In this document: positions 9,411 through 18,240 of the stretch, piece by piece
Position numbering within the stretch: the first letter of the stretch is position 1
Layout: each line of letters starts with the position of its first letter
Source: Eubacteriales bacterium
GTDB taxonomy: Bacteria > Bacillota > Clostridia > Oscillospirales > CAG-272
NCBI GenBank assembly: GCA_045120555.1
Contig: JBGVEZ010000153.1
Span: 1 to 40,803 of the forward strand
Reading direction: 5' to 3'
Length of the DNA: 40,803 nucleotides
Translations under genes and position numbers: made by a program
The notes under the pieces: model-generated
Seen by the model: only the letters and a program-made list of their open reading frames with translations
Told to the model about the DNA's origin: nothing
The model's database searches: none

Positions 9411-9450
9411 TATGCATATTTTTATTTTCAAAAACAGGAGAATCAGAATA

Positions 9451-10830
9451 ATGGCAACAAAGATGTGGGCAGGGCGCTTCACGAAGGAAAGCGACGTTCT
9501 TGCGGACGATTTCAACTCGTCTATAGGCTTCGATTTTCGAATGTATAAAAACGATATAGAGGGATCGATAGCGCACGCAACAATGCTCGGCGCCTGCGGA
9601 ATAATTCCGAAAAGCGCGGCAGAGCATATTTGCGAGGGACTTTGCACAATACTTGACGACATAAACTGCGGAAGGCTTTGTGCCGATCCTGCCTGTGAGG
9701 ACGTGCATATGTTTATTGAGGCGGAGCTTACAAAAAGGATCGGCGACGAGGGTAAAATGCTCCACACTGCAAGGAGCAGAAACGATCAGGTAGCACTTGA
9801 TATCAGACTTTATCTGCGCAACGAAGCAAATGAGGTAGTCTCACTCATAAAGGAGCTTATTGCCGCGATTCACAAAACGGCATCCGAAAACACAGACGCG
9901 ATAATGCCCGGCTACACGCATCTGCAGAGGGCTCAGCCGATAGTTTTCGCACATCAGCTCCTCGCGTACGCCTTTATGCTCATACGCGATTGCGGAAGGA
10001 TAGAGGACGCGGCAAAGAGAATGAACTATTCTCCTCTCGGCTCATGTGCGCTTGCGGGAACCACGTATCCGATAGACCGCCACATGACGGCATCCGCCCT
10101 CGGCTTTGACGGCGTTGTAGAGAATTCGATAGACGGCGTTTCTGACAGAGATTTTTGCCTTGAGCTTATGAGCGCGTTTTCGATACTGATGATGCATCTT
10201 TCCCGTCTTTCGGAGGAGATAATCCTCTGGTCGAGCTGGGAATTCCGCTTCGTTGAGCTTGACGATGCTTACACTACCGGATCGAGCATAATGCCGCAAA
10301 AGAAAAACTCTGACATGGCAGAGCTCGTAAGAGGCAAGACCGGCAGAGTTTACGGCGATCTTATTGCACTTCTTACCACATTAAAGGGGCTTCCGCTTGC
10401 ATACAACAAGGATATGCAGGAGGACAAGGAGGCCATGTTCGACAGCCTTGACACGGTAAAGAAATGCCTTGAAATATTCGCGCCGATGGTTGCAACAATG
10501 AAGGTTAAAAAGAACGTAATGGCAGAGGCGGCAAGCCGCGGCTTTATCAACGCCACCGACCTTGCGGATTACTTAACGAAGAAGGGCGTTCCCTTCCGCA
10601 CGGCATACAAGCTTGTCGGCGGACTTGTCGGAAAATGCATCGCAGAGGGAAAAACTCTTGAGCAGCTGACGCTTGAGGAATTCAAGTCAGAGGACGCACG
10701 CTTCGACTTTGACGTATACGAGGCCATCTCTATGGCGGAATGTGTAAAGAGAAGGATCTCTTACGGAAGCACGGGACCTGAATCGGTAAGCGTACAGCTT
10801 AGCAGAATTTCGGAATTTTTGGGCAAATAA
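9451..10830 (+). CDS. argH: Argininosuccinate lyase
   Basis: [13 protein letters not shown]... together with the fumarate-lyase superfamily signature [15 protein letters not shown]. The start at 9451 is preceded by AGGAG; the ORF-track extension upstream covers the promoter. Confidence 0.95.
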   Translation: MATKMWAGRFTKESDVLADDFNSSIGFDFRMYKNDIEGSIAHATMLGACGIIPKSAAEHICEGLCTILDDINCGRLCADPACEDVHMFIEAELTKRIGDEGKMLHTARSRNDQVALDIRLYLRNEANEVVSLIKELIAAIHKTASENTDAIMPGYTHLQRAQPIVFAHQLLAYAFMLIRDCGRIEDAAKRMNYSPLGSCALAGTTYPIDRHMTASALGFDGVVENSIDGVSDRDFCLELMSAFSILMMHLSRLSEEIILWSSWEFRFVELDDAYTTGSSIMPQKKNSDMAELVRGKTGRVYGDLIALLTTLKGLPLAYNKDMQEDKEAMFDSLDTVKKCLEIFAPMVATMKVKKNVMAEAASRGFINATDLADYLTKKGVPFRTAYKLVGGLVGKCIAEGKTLEQLTLEEFKSEDARFDFDVYEAISMAECVKRRISYGSTGPESVSVQLSRISEFLGK

Positions 10831-10852
10831 ACGGCACGGAAAGGAGACTATT

Positions 10853-11848
10853 ATGGATCTCAAGGGTAGGGATTTTTTAAAGCTTTTGGACTTTAGCTCC
10901 GAGGAGATAGAATACCTCATATCTCTCGCGGCTAGCCTCAAGGTAAAGAAAAAGGTTGGTATTGCACACAAATACTGCGAGGGCAAGAACATAGCTCTCA
11001 TATTTGAAAAGACAAGCACACGCACGCGCTGCAGTTTTGAGGTTGCAGCGCACGATCTCGGCATGGGAGTTACTTATCTTGATCCGACGGGCTCACAAAT
11101 AGGCAAAAAGGAAAGCATTGCAGACACGGCGAGAGTGCTTTCCTCGATATACGACGGCATCGAGTACCGCGGATACGGTCAGGAGATCGTTGAGGAGCTG
11201 GCAAAATACTCGTCCGTCCCCGTCTGGAACGGTCTTACAAACGAATTTCACCCGACGCAGATACTTGCCGATTTTCTTACTATAAAGGAAAGATTCGGTC
11301 GCCTTAAGGGCATAAATTTCGTTTACACGGGCGACGCGCGCTACAACATGGGCAATTCCCTTATGGTCGGATGCGCAAAAATGGGCATGAATTTCACCGC
11401 TTGTGCGCCGAGGGAATATTTCCCGAGCGAGGAGCTTATTGCGGAATGTCAGAAGATCGCAAGCGAGACAGGTGCAACGCTCTCCTTTATCGAAAGCCCT
11501 ATGGATGCGGTAAAGGGTGCAGACGTAATTTACACCGACGTTTGGGTATCTATGGGAGAAAGCCCTGACGTTTGGGAAAAGAGGATAAAGGATCTTTCTC
11601 CGTATCGAGTCACCGCCGAGCTTATGGATGCGGCAGGAAAGGATTGCGTATTCATGCACTGTCTGCCCGCATTCCACGATCTGGGGACGGGTATCGGCAA
11701 GGAAATTCACGAAAAATTCGGTATTGACTGTATGGAGGTAACGGACGAGGTATTTGAATCCGACCGCTCCATTGTTTTTCCCGAGGCCGAAAACAGAATG
11801 CACACTATAAAGGCAGTTATGCTTGCTACACTGAAGGAAGAGCTGTAA
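10853..11848 (+). CDS. argF: Ornithine carbamoyltransferase
   Basis: Carries the STRTR carbamoyl-phosphate motif, HPTQ, and the HCLPA ornithine-binding motif. It sits 22 nt after argH with an AAGGAG RBS. The anabolic assignment is inferred only from linkage to argH. Confidence 0.88.
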   Translation: MDLKGRDFLKLLDFSSEEIEYLISLAASLKVKKKVGIAHKYCEGKNIALIFEKTSTRTRCSFEVAAHDLGMGVTYLDPTGSQIGKKESIADTARVLSSIYDGIEYRGYGQEIVEELAKYSSVPVWNGLTNEFHPTQILADFLTIKERFGRLKGINFVYTGDARYNMGNSLMVGCAKMGMNFTACAPREYFPSEELIAECQKIASETGATLSFIESPMDAVKGADVIYTDVWVSMGESPDVWEKRIKDLSPYRVTAELMDAAGKDCVFMHCLPAFHDLGTGIGKEIHEKFGIDCMEVTDEVFESDRSIVFPEAENRMHTIKAVMLATLKEEL

Positions 11849-11862
11849 CGCTCGTTCCTTCC

Positions 11863-11950
11863 GCGCCCCATCCGGGCTTCCGCTTGCGGAAGCCTCGCAG
11901 TCCTTTGGACTGCGACCTCCTTCGCTTTGCGAAGGAGGCGGATGGGGCGC
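11863..11950. other. 88-nt perfect nested palindrome: a 12-bp closing stem enclosing three abutting hairpins (four-way junction)
   Basis: GCGCCCCATCCG (11863-11874) pairs with CGGATGGGGCGC (11939-11950). Inside are three hairpins: GGCTTCCGC-tt-GCGGAAGCC (11875-11894), TCGCAGTCC-ttt-GGACTGCGA (11895-11915) and CCTCCTTCGC-ttt-GCGAAGGAGG (11916-11938). That is 40 Watson-Crick pairs with zero mismatches and zero unpaired junction nucleotides. The structure is certain from the sequence; its function is unknown. Confidence 0.85.
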
Positions 11951-11995
11951 GTATTTATTGATGCAGAATTATTTCATTGGTGATGCGGCACTTCA

Positions 11996-12367
11996 CTACT
12001 CATCAGCAACGATCACGGAAAACAGCTCCTCGATACGGTCAGCTCTGCCGCACGCGTGGAGGTAGCCGAAGAGGCATTCAAGCTCGGTTGCATGTCGGTA
12101 TTCGCCGATCGTTGCGTTTTTCGGAATGTTGTTGTGGGTAAGATTCCTTCCTCGCCTGCAAACGTTCTCCTCCTCTTCTGTAAGGAGGGAGCGGATCTTC
12201 TCCATTGCTATCGCCTGCTTCGGCGCGGTAACGAAGGCGAGCGCGGAGCGGTTGAGATCGGCGGAGCGGGACTTTCCCAGCTTTACGAGGTATGTCCTGA
12301 CGCAAAGCTCGTAAACGCAATCGCCGAGATAGGCAAGCGCCTGCGTGGTAAGCTCTGAGGGTATCAT
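11996..12367 (-). CDS. mrnC: Mini-ribonuclease 3 (Mini-III, 23S rRNA maturation)
   Basis: 123 aa. ALAYLGDCVYELCVRTYL is the single RNase III catalytic-domain signature, followed by ...EYRHATELECLFGYL. The size and the lack of a dsRBD fit Mini-III. Confidence 0.85.
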   Translation of the reverse strand: MIPSELTTQALAYLGDCVYELCVRTYLVKLGKSRSADLNRSALAFVTAPKQAIAMEKIRSLLTEEEENVCRRGRNLTHNNIPKNATIGEYRHATELECLFGYLHACGRADRIEELFSVIVADE

Positions 12368-12371
12368 AGGC

Positions 12372-13499
12372 TTATAAATTCTCGATATCCGAAAGAGCGA
12401 CCTTGATTATAGCCGCGATGCTGTCAGCCATCTTGGAGAAGCCCATATCGTTGGGATGGACGGTATCCATCGTGCAATCGTTCTCCTCGTGACCCATAAA
12501 GAAGGTCTCGCCGTCGATGTAATAAACCTTCTTGTCGCCTCTCTCGTAGGCATATTTAAGGGTGTCCATAACAACGCTTCTTCTATCTGCGGACGCTTTC
12601 TTCGACCAGGACTTGTTGTAGATAACGTTCGGGCTTGAGATAATGACAACGGGAACGTCGGGGCGAACCTCACGGAAACGCTGATATGCGCGGAGATGCG
12701 TGTTTCTGAGGTATTCCGCGTTCGGAGCGTTGTGATCGTAGTCGAGAACGAAAACGGACATGGGAAGCGTGCGGAGATAGTTGATTATCGCATCCTCTGC
12801 CTTTGCGTTGCCCGAAAAGCCGTAGTTCTGAACGTCAGCGTTGAGCTTGCGGCAAAGCATGTTGGTATACGTAAGTCCGGGGCGGCTTGCGGCGGTACCG
12901 TGAACGATGGATGAGCCGTAAATAACGATGGGCTCTTTATGCATGTAGGGCATACCCTTACCAAGCGTCGCATCCTTCTGGATACCGACGTAAAGATTCT
13001 TCACCACCGAATGGATCGGGAAATTGATCGTGAAATAGCGCTGACGTCTCTCGCCCTTGAGATCGATAACACTTTCGTAGATAAGATCTCCGCCCGTTAT
13101 ATCTGCAAAGGGTGGCAGAAACGCCACGGTGTACTTTGAATCGTATTCGGTATCGGTGTAGAGGTCAAAGCCCGCGCTCTCAGCAAGCGGAATGTGCGAA
13201 TTCTTGCCTGCCTTAACGAATTCAACCTTAATAGCAATGTAGCCGGAGTCGGTGGAGAAGCGCACGCGAGTACCGCTGCTCTCCTTTTCAAGTCCCGAGA
13301 CCTTCGCGCTCGTCGCCTTGCCCACCTCTGTAGGGAGGCGGTGGAAATAGGGCTCGGTGGTCGGCTCATACGCGCCGTAGATCTCAAACGGAGCCTTTCT
13401 TACATCATAAAACACAACGTCGGGCTTGTTGATGTTCGTTTCTATCTTCATATTGTTGTCGAGCTCGACGTAAACTTCCTTCTTTACTTCTTCTGCCAT
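12372..13499 (-). CDS. SGNH/GDSL-family hydrolase with an N-terminal GxDLY domain
   Basis: The N-terminal half contains GFDLY. The C-terminal half carries the SGNH blocks: IVIYGSSIVHG (block I Ser), GFSGN (block II), DYDHN (block III) and DTVHPND (block V Asp/His). The substrate cannot be inferred. Confidence 0.75.
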   Translation of the reverse strand: MAEEVKKEVYVELDNNMKIETNINKPDVVFYDVRKAPFEIYGAYEPTTEPYFHRLPTEVGKATSAKVSGLEKESSGTRVRFSTDSGYIAIKVEFVKAGKNSHIPLAESAGFDLYTDTEYDSKYTVAFLPPFADITGGDLIYESVIDLKGERRQRYFTINFPIHSVVKNLYVGIQKDATLGKGMPYMHKEPIVIYGSSIVHGTAASRPGLTYTNMLCRKLNADVQNYGFSGNAKAEDAIINYLRTLPMSVFVLDYDHNAPNAEYLRNTHLRAYQRFREVRPDVPVVIISSPNVIYNKSWSKKASADRRSVVMDTLKYAYERGDKKVYYIDGETFFMGHEENDCTMDTVHPNDMGFSKMADSIAAIIKVALSDIENL

Positions 13500-13525
13500 G
13501 ATCTTAATTCCTTTCTTTATATCGG

Positions 13526-14266
13526 TTATTTGAGCAAAAATGCGAGTGCCTCGTGCACCTTTTCAAAATCGTCAACGCAGACGAACGGGAAATCCGACTT
13601 AAAAACTGCCTCGTCGTTGCCACCGCTTCCGTAGTCGTCACCGCAGTAAACAACGTTTTCGTGGGAGAGTCCGTGCTCCTTGCAGTAATTGTCAAGCGCA
13701 TAGTACTTATCGTAGGGCGCGGGTACCATGTCGAAGGAGGACGAGCCGCCAACGAAAACGGTGTATTCGGAGAAGATGTCGCAGACCTCAGCGTAGATCT
13801 TGCGGCGCTTCGAGCGGTCGGGGTCAAAGGAAAGCTTCTCGTCGATGGGTGCCTTTGTGCCGATTATCGGGATCGTTACCGCACCCGACGCGTGGAATTC
13901 AACCGTATCGCCATAGTATTCGGTAAAGCCGTGCTTTTGGCGGATGCCCTCAACTCTCTCGGTAACGCTTTCGCGGTCGCAGGGGAGGACGTGCTCGGCA
14001 ACGATGTCGATGTCGCCGGTTTCCTTGTTGTATTCGGCGTACTGGAGGCCGTAGTTACCGATAATGTCGATCGGGTAGCCGTCCATCTGATTGAAAATTC
14101 GACGGCAAGCACCCGCTCCGACCATAAGGAGCTTGTACCTTTCGGAAAGCGCATCGAGCATATTTTTTGAGTTCTCGCCGAGCTTTGACTTGTGCTGTGT
14201 AAGAGTGCCGTCAAGGTCGAACGCAACAAGCTTTATTTTTTTCGGATCAACGCTTGTTATCTTCAT
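13526..14266 (-). CDS. HAD-superfamily hydrolase (Cof/IIB-like phosphatase)
   Basis: VAFDLDGTLT is HAD motif I; GGSSSFD and CGDDYGSGGNDEA are motifs III/IV. 246 aa. Confidence 0.8.
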   Translation of the reverse strand: MKITSVDPKKIKLVAFDLDGTLTQHKSKLGENSKNMLDALSERYKLLMVGAGACRRIFNQMDGYPIDIIGNYGLQYAEYNKETGDIDIVAEHVLPCDRESVTERVEGIRQKHGFTEYYGDTVEFHASGAVTIPIIGTKAPIDEKLSFDPDRSKRRKIYAEVCDIFSEYTVFVGGSSSFDMVPAPYDKYYALDNYCKEHGLSHENVVYCGDDYGSGGNDEAVFKSDFPFVCVDDFEKVHEALAFLLK

Positions 14267-14327
14267 AATTTAATGTCCTTTTCTAATATATTTGCGGAGT
14301 GTCCGCACAACGAAAATCATCTATATA

Positions 14328-14356
14328 ATTATATCACATTTTACCCGAATTGTCAA
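14328..14356 (-). promoter_or_regulatory. Consensus extended -10 sigma-A promoter (HAD-SGNH-mrnC operon)
   Basis: - strand: TTGACA (14356-14351), an exact 17-nt spacer ending in TGA, then TATAAT (14333-14328). Confidence 0.7.
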
Positions 14357-14375
14357 TAGAAAAGCGAATATTGCG

Positions 14376-14407
14376 AAAAAAGGATCGCCCCGAGCAGAGC
14401 TCGGGGC
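14376..14407 (-). terminator. Rho-independent terminator after the LRR gene
   Basis: - strand RNA: GCCCCGAGC-ucu-GCUCGGGGC, then GAUCC and UUUUUU. It starts 9 nt after the stop codon. Confidence 0.7.
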
Positions 14408-14415
14408 AAATTATT

Positions 14416-17400
14416 TTACTGCTTGTTTGCGGGGACGGTTACCGTGCCGTCGGTGCAGATGATTTTGATCTCACCGCATTGCCAATTCCAGTCATCGCGA
14501 ATGTTTTTCAGGTTTTTCCATTCGGTACGCGTTCCTTGATATACTATATTTTTCAAATTCTTACAGCCTCTCATAGAATGCTCTTCCAAGGTACAGCTGT
14601 TATTCGGCAGAACTATCTCCTCCAGCGTTGTATTAAACGTAAAAGCCCCCTTATAAATAGTTTTTACACCGTCGGGAATCGTGTAAGAGGTTTCCTGCTT
14701 TCCTCTCGGATAGAGATAGAGAGTTTGGCCGCTCTTGGAAAAAAGGATATTATCTACTACCTTATAGTAATTATTATCATCCGAAACTATGACCGTTTTC
14801 AGATTTTCCAAATGAACGAGCATCGAAGTGGTTACACAAGTATCCTTCCCCAATATTTCAAGGACCTCTACTGATGAGCATCCGTAAAATACATTCACAT
14901 ACAAAGTAGTTTCTCCAAGAAAAGTTATCTTCTCAAGCCCTGTATTCCAAAAAGCTCCGTCAGCAATCACTTCTATATGATCGGGAACGACCAGCTCCTT
15001 AATTGATGTACAGCCCTTAAAAGCGTTTTTAGTTATATATTTCAAGCTCTCCGGAAATTCAGGAACTTTTTTCAGAGATGAACAATATTGAAACGCTCCT
15101 TCGTAAAGAGCGGTTACGGAATCCGGGAGGGTTATTTCCTGAAGACTCCTGCATCCGTCAAACGCATACTTTGATATAATCTTCAGCCCTTCAGGAAGAA
15201 GGATAGACTCAAGCACAGAGTTGTTAAAGGCATAGGTCCCGATAGTTTCAACACCGTTAAGAACAGTATATTCCTTTTCATCCTTTCCGCTCGGATAATA
15301 TACTAATTGCTTTCCGTCCGATGAATAAATAACACCATCCACCACTTTATAGCTATTGTGGTCTCCTATATCAATCGATTCAATTGATTCACAGCCTGCA
15401 AACATATCTCCGCTGATCGATTCCACAGAGCTTGAAAGGACTAACTTTTCAAGTGCTTTGCAGTTATGGAAGGCCTCGGTACCGACCTTCTGTACACCTT
15501 GTGCATTTATATAAGTTAGAGCCGCACATCCTTTGAACGCACTGTCACCAATGACCGTAAGGGTGTCTGTCAGGTCTATCTTATTCAAGGCAGTGCCTAA
15601 AAAGGCAGACGCGCCTATTTCCTTTACGCCCGGGGCGCTTACGTAAGTCAACGACCCGCAATTTTCGAATGCGCTCTCGCCGATAAATGTAAGCGATTTG
15701 GGAAACTCTATGGATTTAAGCTTTGTGTTTCTCCAGAAGCACTTACTTCCTATGCTCGTTACGTTCGTCAGCTTCACGCTCGCAAGGCTCGTACAGGTGT
15801 TAAATGCGTGCTCACCTATTGCAAACGAGCTTCCGGAAGCACTAAAGCTTTCAAGCGCACTACATTTGTAGAACGCATAGTCTCCGATAGATTTCACACC
15901 CGTAACATTAACCTTCTTCAGCTTGCTGCAACCGTAAAAGGCATTATCTCCTATAGCGAGATCTTTGCCGACGGAATTAACCTCGGTGATCTGGTAGCAT
16001 CCGTAAAACGCCTTTTCACCTACGTAAGTAAGAACCGGCGGCACATTTATAAATGCCTTTGTGCATCCCTCAAATGCGCTCATTCCGATGTATGTTACGG
16101 AATCGGGAATACTTATGCTCGTCAGATTATAACAGCCCTTAAAGGCCTCCCAGCTTATCGTCTTAATGCCATTCGGAATAACGACCACCCTAAGATTTCG
16201 GCAGTCCCTCATACCGCCTACACGGCTCTGATTCGCTGAAAACTTTACATAACTCAGAGCATCGCAAAACTCAAAAGCATCGCTTCCAACATAAGTAACG
16301 CTGTCCGGTATCTCGAGCCTTTCAAGGTTCTTGCACCACATGAAGGATCTATAGCCTATAGTCTTTAGGGTGTTTGGCAAATTGAGTTCCTTTATATCCA
16401 TACTTTGGAATGAATATTCACCTATCGACTCAAGCCCGGGCTCTGAAAAGATGAGCTCGGTGAGTGCATTCTCCATCAGCACGTAGGAGCCTATCTTCTT
16501 AACACTACCGGGAATAACGAGCTTTTTCAGATGTGTTGTTGTTTTGAAAACATAATCCCCTATCTCGACAACGCCATCCGGAACGGTATATTCGGTTTCG
16601 GGCTTGCCTTCGGGATACGCTACAAGCTTCTTACCGTCAGCCGTAAATACGATTCCTTCAACCGATTTATAATATTTTCCGTTTCCTATGTTTATTGCGG
16701 TAAAGCACGTGGTGTTAACGTGCGACTGATAGTCGTAGACAAACTCTCTCAAGCTCGGTGCAAGATCGACTACCTCAAGAGAACGGCAGCTTCCAAAGGC
16801 ATATTTTTTAACTACCTCTATTCCGGGAGCGCTTATATACTTTATCTTATCGCAACTATAAAACGCACCCGTACCAAGTATCTTCAAGCTTTTGGGAAGA
16901 ATAATTTTTTCAAGACTTACGCATTGCGAAAACGCGCTGCTGCCTATCTCATTCAAATTTTCCGAAAATCTTATATCGACAAGGGATTCGCAGTAATAAA
17001 ATGCTCCTCCCCCTATTTTTGTAACCGATTCAGGGATGTATACCGATTCAAGCAAATCACAGCCATAAAACACTTCGGTTTTTATTTCGGAAATTCCGCT
17101 GGGAAATTTCACAGATTTGAGCGATTGACAATAGCGAAATGCCGCATTTCCGATGTCAGTCATACTATCAGGAAATTCGATCGTCTTCACAGAGCTACAG
17201 TTATAAAATGCAAAATCCCCGATATATTCAAGGCTTTGAGGAAATAAAATTTTACCAATGAATATCTGTCCGTCAAATGCGTTTTTTGAGATGGTGATCA
17301 CTCCCTCATCAATAACAAGCTCACCGGTTCCAGCGGACGAATTAAGACTTGATCCGGTATAAAACGCTTTCTCACCGATAACCTTAACGCTTCCGGGAAT

Positions 17401-18039
17401 ATATATCCCCGTGTAGTACGTTCCCGCAAGTGCGCTTTTACCTATTTCCGCGACGGGGAGTCCGTTGTGCGTTGAAGGAATTATAACCTTTCTATCGGTA
17501 AATGTTCCCTTACCTGAGAGGATATAGTACGTTTTATCTGCGCTGAGGGTAAATTCAAAGCCCTCAGACGGAGTAAGCTCAACGTTTCTTTCAAGCTTTG
17601 AGCAGTATTTGCAGAAATGATTCACATACTCGTGATCTACGATAGGGATAATTTCATGTTCTCTGTATCCGCATTTAGTACACGAATGGTATTGGTCACC
17701 TTCATGACGACACGTTGGAGTCTCGCCTACTGTCCACTCCCCAAAGCTGTGCTCGTGAGCTGTGGTTTCAGGCGGTGCTTCCGTTGTGGGCGTTCCCGTC
17801 GTCATCGGTGCGCTTGTAGTCCCCGGAACGGACGTTGTTTCCTGCTGATTCGGGAGGGTATCGCTTTCCGGGGAGCGGGTTTCGGTTGTGAAAGCGTTGT
17901 CCGAGGAGACGGTGGGGGCGGTGCTTTCGATCGGCCCTGCGTTTCTATAGATAAGAGTGAACATTGTACTGCCGAGGACGACCGCAAAGACGAGGATGAT
18001 GGTTGAGGTGATGGCGAGCACCTTAGTTAATCTTTTCAT
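14416..18039 (-). CDS. BspA-type leucine-rich-repeat (LRR_5-like) cell-surface protein, N-terminally membrane-anchored
   Basis: 1207 aa. Domain order: an N-terminal TM segment (VLAITSTIILVFAVVLGSTMF), a Thr/Pro-rich linker, a Cys/His-rich module, then dozens of roughly 23-aa repeats of the form I(P/G)xxAFxxCxxLxx(I/V)x(I/L)Pxx(V/L). There are three super-repeats, each opening with YYK(V/S)V(D/E)G(I/V)...YP.GK.E..YT(V/I).(D/N)G. Confidence 0.85.
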   Translation of the reverse strand: MKRLTKVLAITSTIILVFAVVLGSTMFTLIYRNAGPIESTAPTVSSDNAFTTETRSPESDTLPNQQETTSVPGTTSAPMTTGTPTTEAPPETTAHEHSFGEWTVGETPTCRHEGDQYHSCTKCGYREHEIIPIVDHEYVNHFCKYCSKLERNVELTPSEGFEFTLSADKTYYILSGKGTFTDRKVIIPSTHNGLPVAEIGKSALAGTYYTGIYIPGSVKVIGEKAFYTGSSLNSSAGTGELVIDEGVITISKNAFDGQIFIGKILFPQSLEYIGDFAFYNCSSVKTIEFPDSMTDIGNAAFRYCQSLKSVKFPSGISEIKTEVFYGCDLLESVYIPESVTKIGGGAFYYCESLVDIRFSENLNEIGSSAFSQCVSLEKIILPKSLKILGTGAFYSCDKIKYISAPGIEVVKKYAFGSCRSLEVVDLAPSLREFVYDYQSHVNTTCFTAINIGNGKYYKSVEGIVFTADGKKLVAYPEGKPETEYTVPDGVVEIGDYVFKTTTHLKKLVIPGSVKKIGSYVLMENALTELIFSEPGLESIGEYSFQSMDIKELNLPNTLKTIGYRSFMWCKNLERLEIPDSVTYVGSDAFEFCDALSYVKFSANQSRVGGMRDCRNLRVVVIPNGIKTISWEAFKGCYNLTSISIPDSVTYIGMSAFEGCTKAFINVPPVLTYVGEKAFYGCYQITEVNSVGKDLAIGDNAFYGCSKLKKVNVTGVKSIGDYAFYKCSALESFSASGSSFAIGEHAFNTCTSLASVKLTNVTSIGSKCFWRNTKLKSIEFPKSLTFIGESAFENCGSLTYVSAPGVKEIGASAFLGTALNKIDLTDTLTVIGDSAFKGCAALTYINAQGVQKVGTEAFHNCKALEKLVLSSSVESISGDMFAGCESIESIDIGDHNSYKVVDGVIYSSDGKQLVYYPSGKDEKEYTVLNGVETIGTYAFNNSVLESILLPEGLKIISKYAFDGCRSLQEITLPDSVTALYEGAFQYCSSLKKVPEFPESLKYITKNAFKGCTSIKELVVPDHIEVIADGAFWNTGLEKITFLGETTLYVNVFYGCSSVEVLEILGKDTCVTTSMLVHLENLKTVIVSDDNNYYKVVDNILFSKSGQTLYLYPRGKQETSYTIPDGVKTIYKGAFTFNTTLEEIVLPNNSCTLEEHSMRGCKNLKNIVYQGTRTEWKNLKNIRDDWNWQCGEIKIICTDGTVTVPANKQ

Positions 18040-18056
18040 TGTTCTTTCTCCTTCGT

Positions 18057-18215
18057 TCAGATTTTTTCGTCAAGGAAGGCTGTCTCCGTGACGGGTGGTG
18101 GGGTGTTTACGGCTTTTGGGAAGGTCATAATGTAGATCATGGCTGCCGAGAAGAGAGCCGCAAGCAAAGTAATGATAAGCACTGTTGTAAGAATGAATTT
18201 GGTATTTCGGTTCAC
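18057..18215 (-). CDS. 52-aa single-pass membrane micro-protein (hypothetical)
   Basis: GTG at 18215 preceded by AAAGGAG with a 7-nt spacing. The translation is VNRNTKFILTTVLIITLLAALFSAAMIYIMTFPKAVNTPPPVTETAFLDEKI. It is wedged between the kinase stop (18241) and the LRR start (18039). Confidence 0.5.
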   Translation of the reverse strand: MNRNTKFILTTVLIITLLAALFSAAMIYIMTFPKAVNTPPPVTETAFLDEKI

Positions 18216-18240
18216 GTCGAATCTCCTTTCGGTGTGCAAG

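Noticed and set aside
11942-11983. 13-codon ORF (MGRVFIDAELFHW) following the AAGGAGG in the third arm of the nested palindrome
   Set aside because: The SD-to-ATG spacing is only 3 nt, the SD and the ATG are both buried in perfect helices, and the peptide has no features. It is most likely coincidental.
14416-18039. Internal DNA repeats of the LRR gene as an independent repeat or mobile feature
   Set aside because: The periodicity is explained by the protein-level LRR_5-type repeats and the three super-repeats inside one intact ORF. It is not a separate element.
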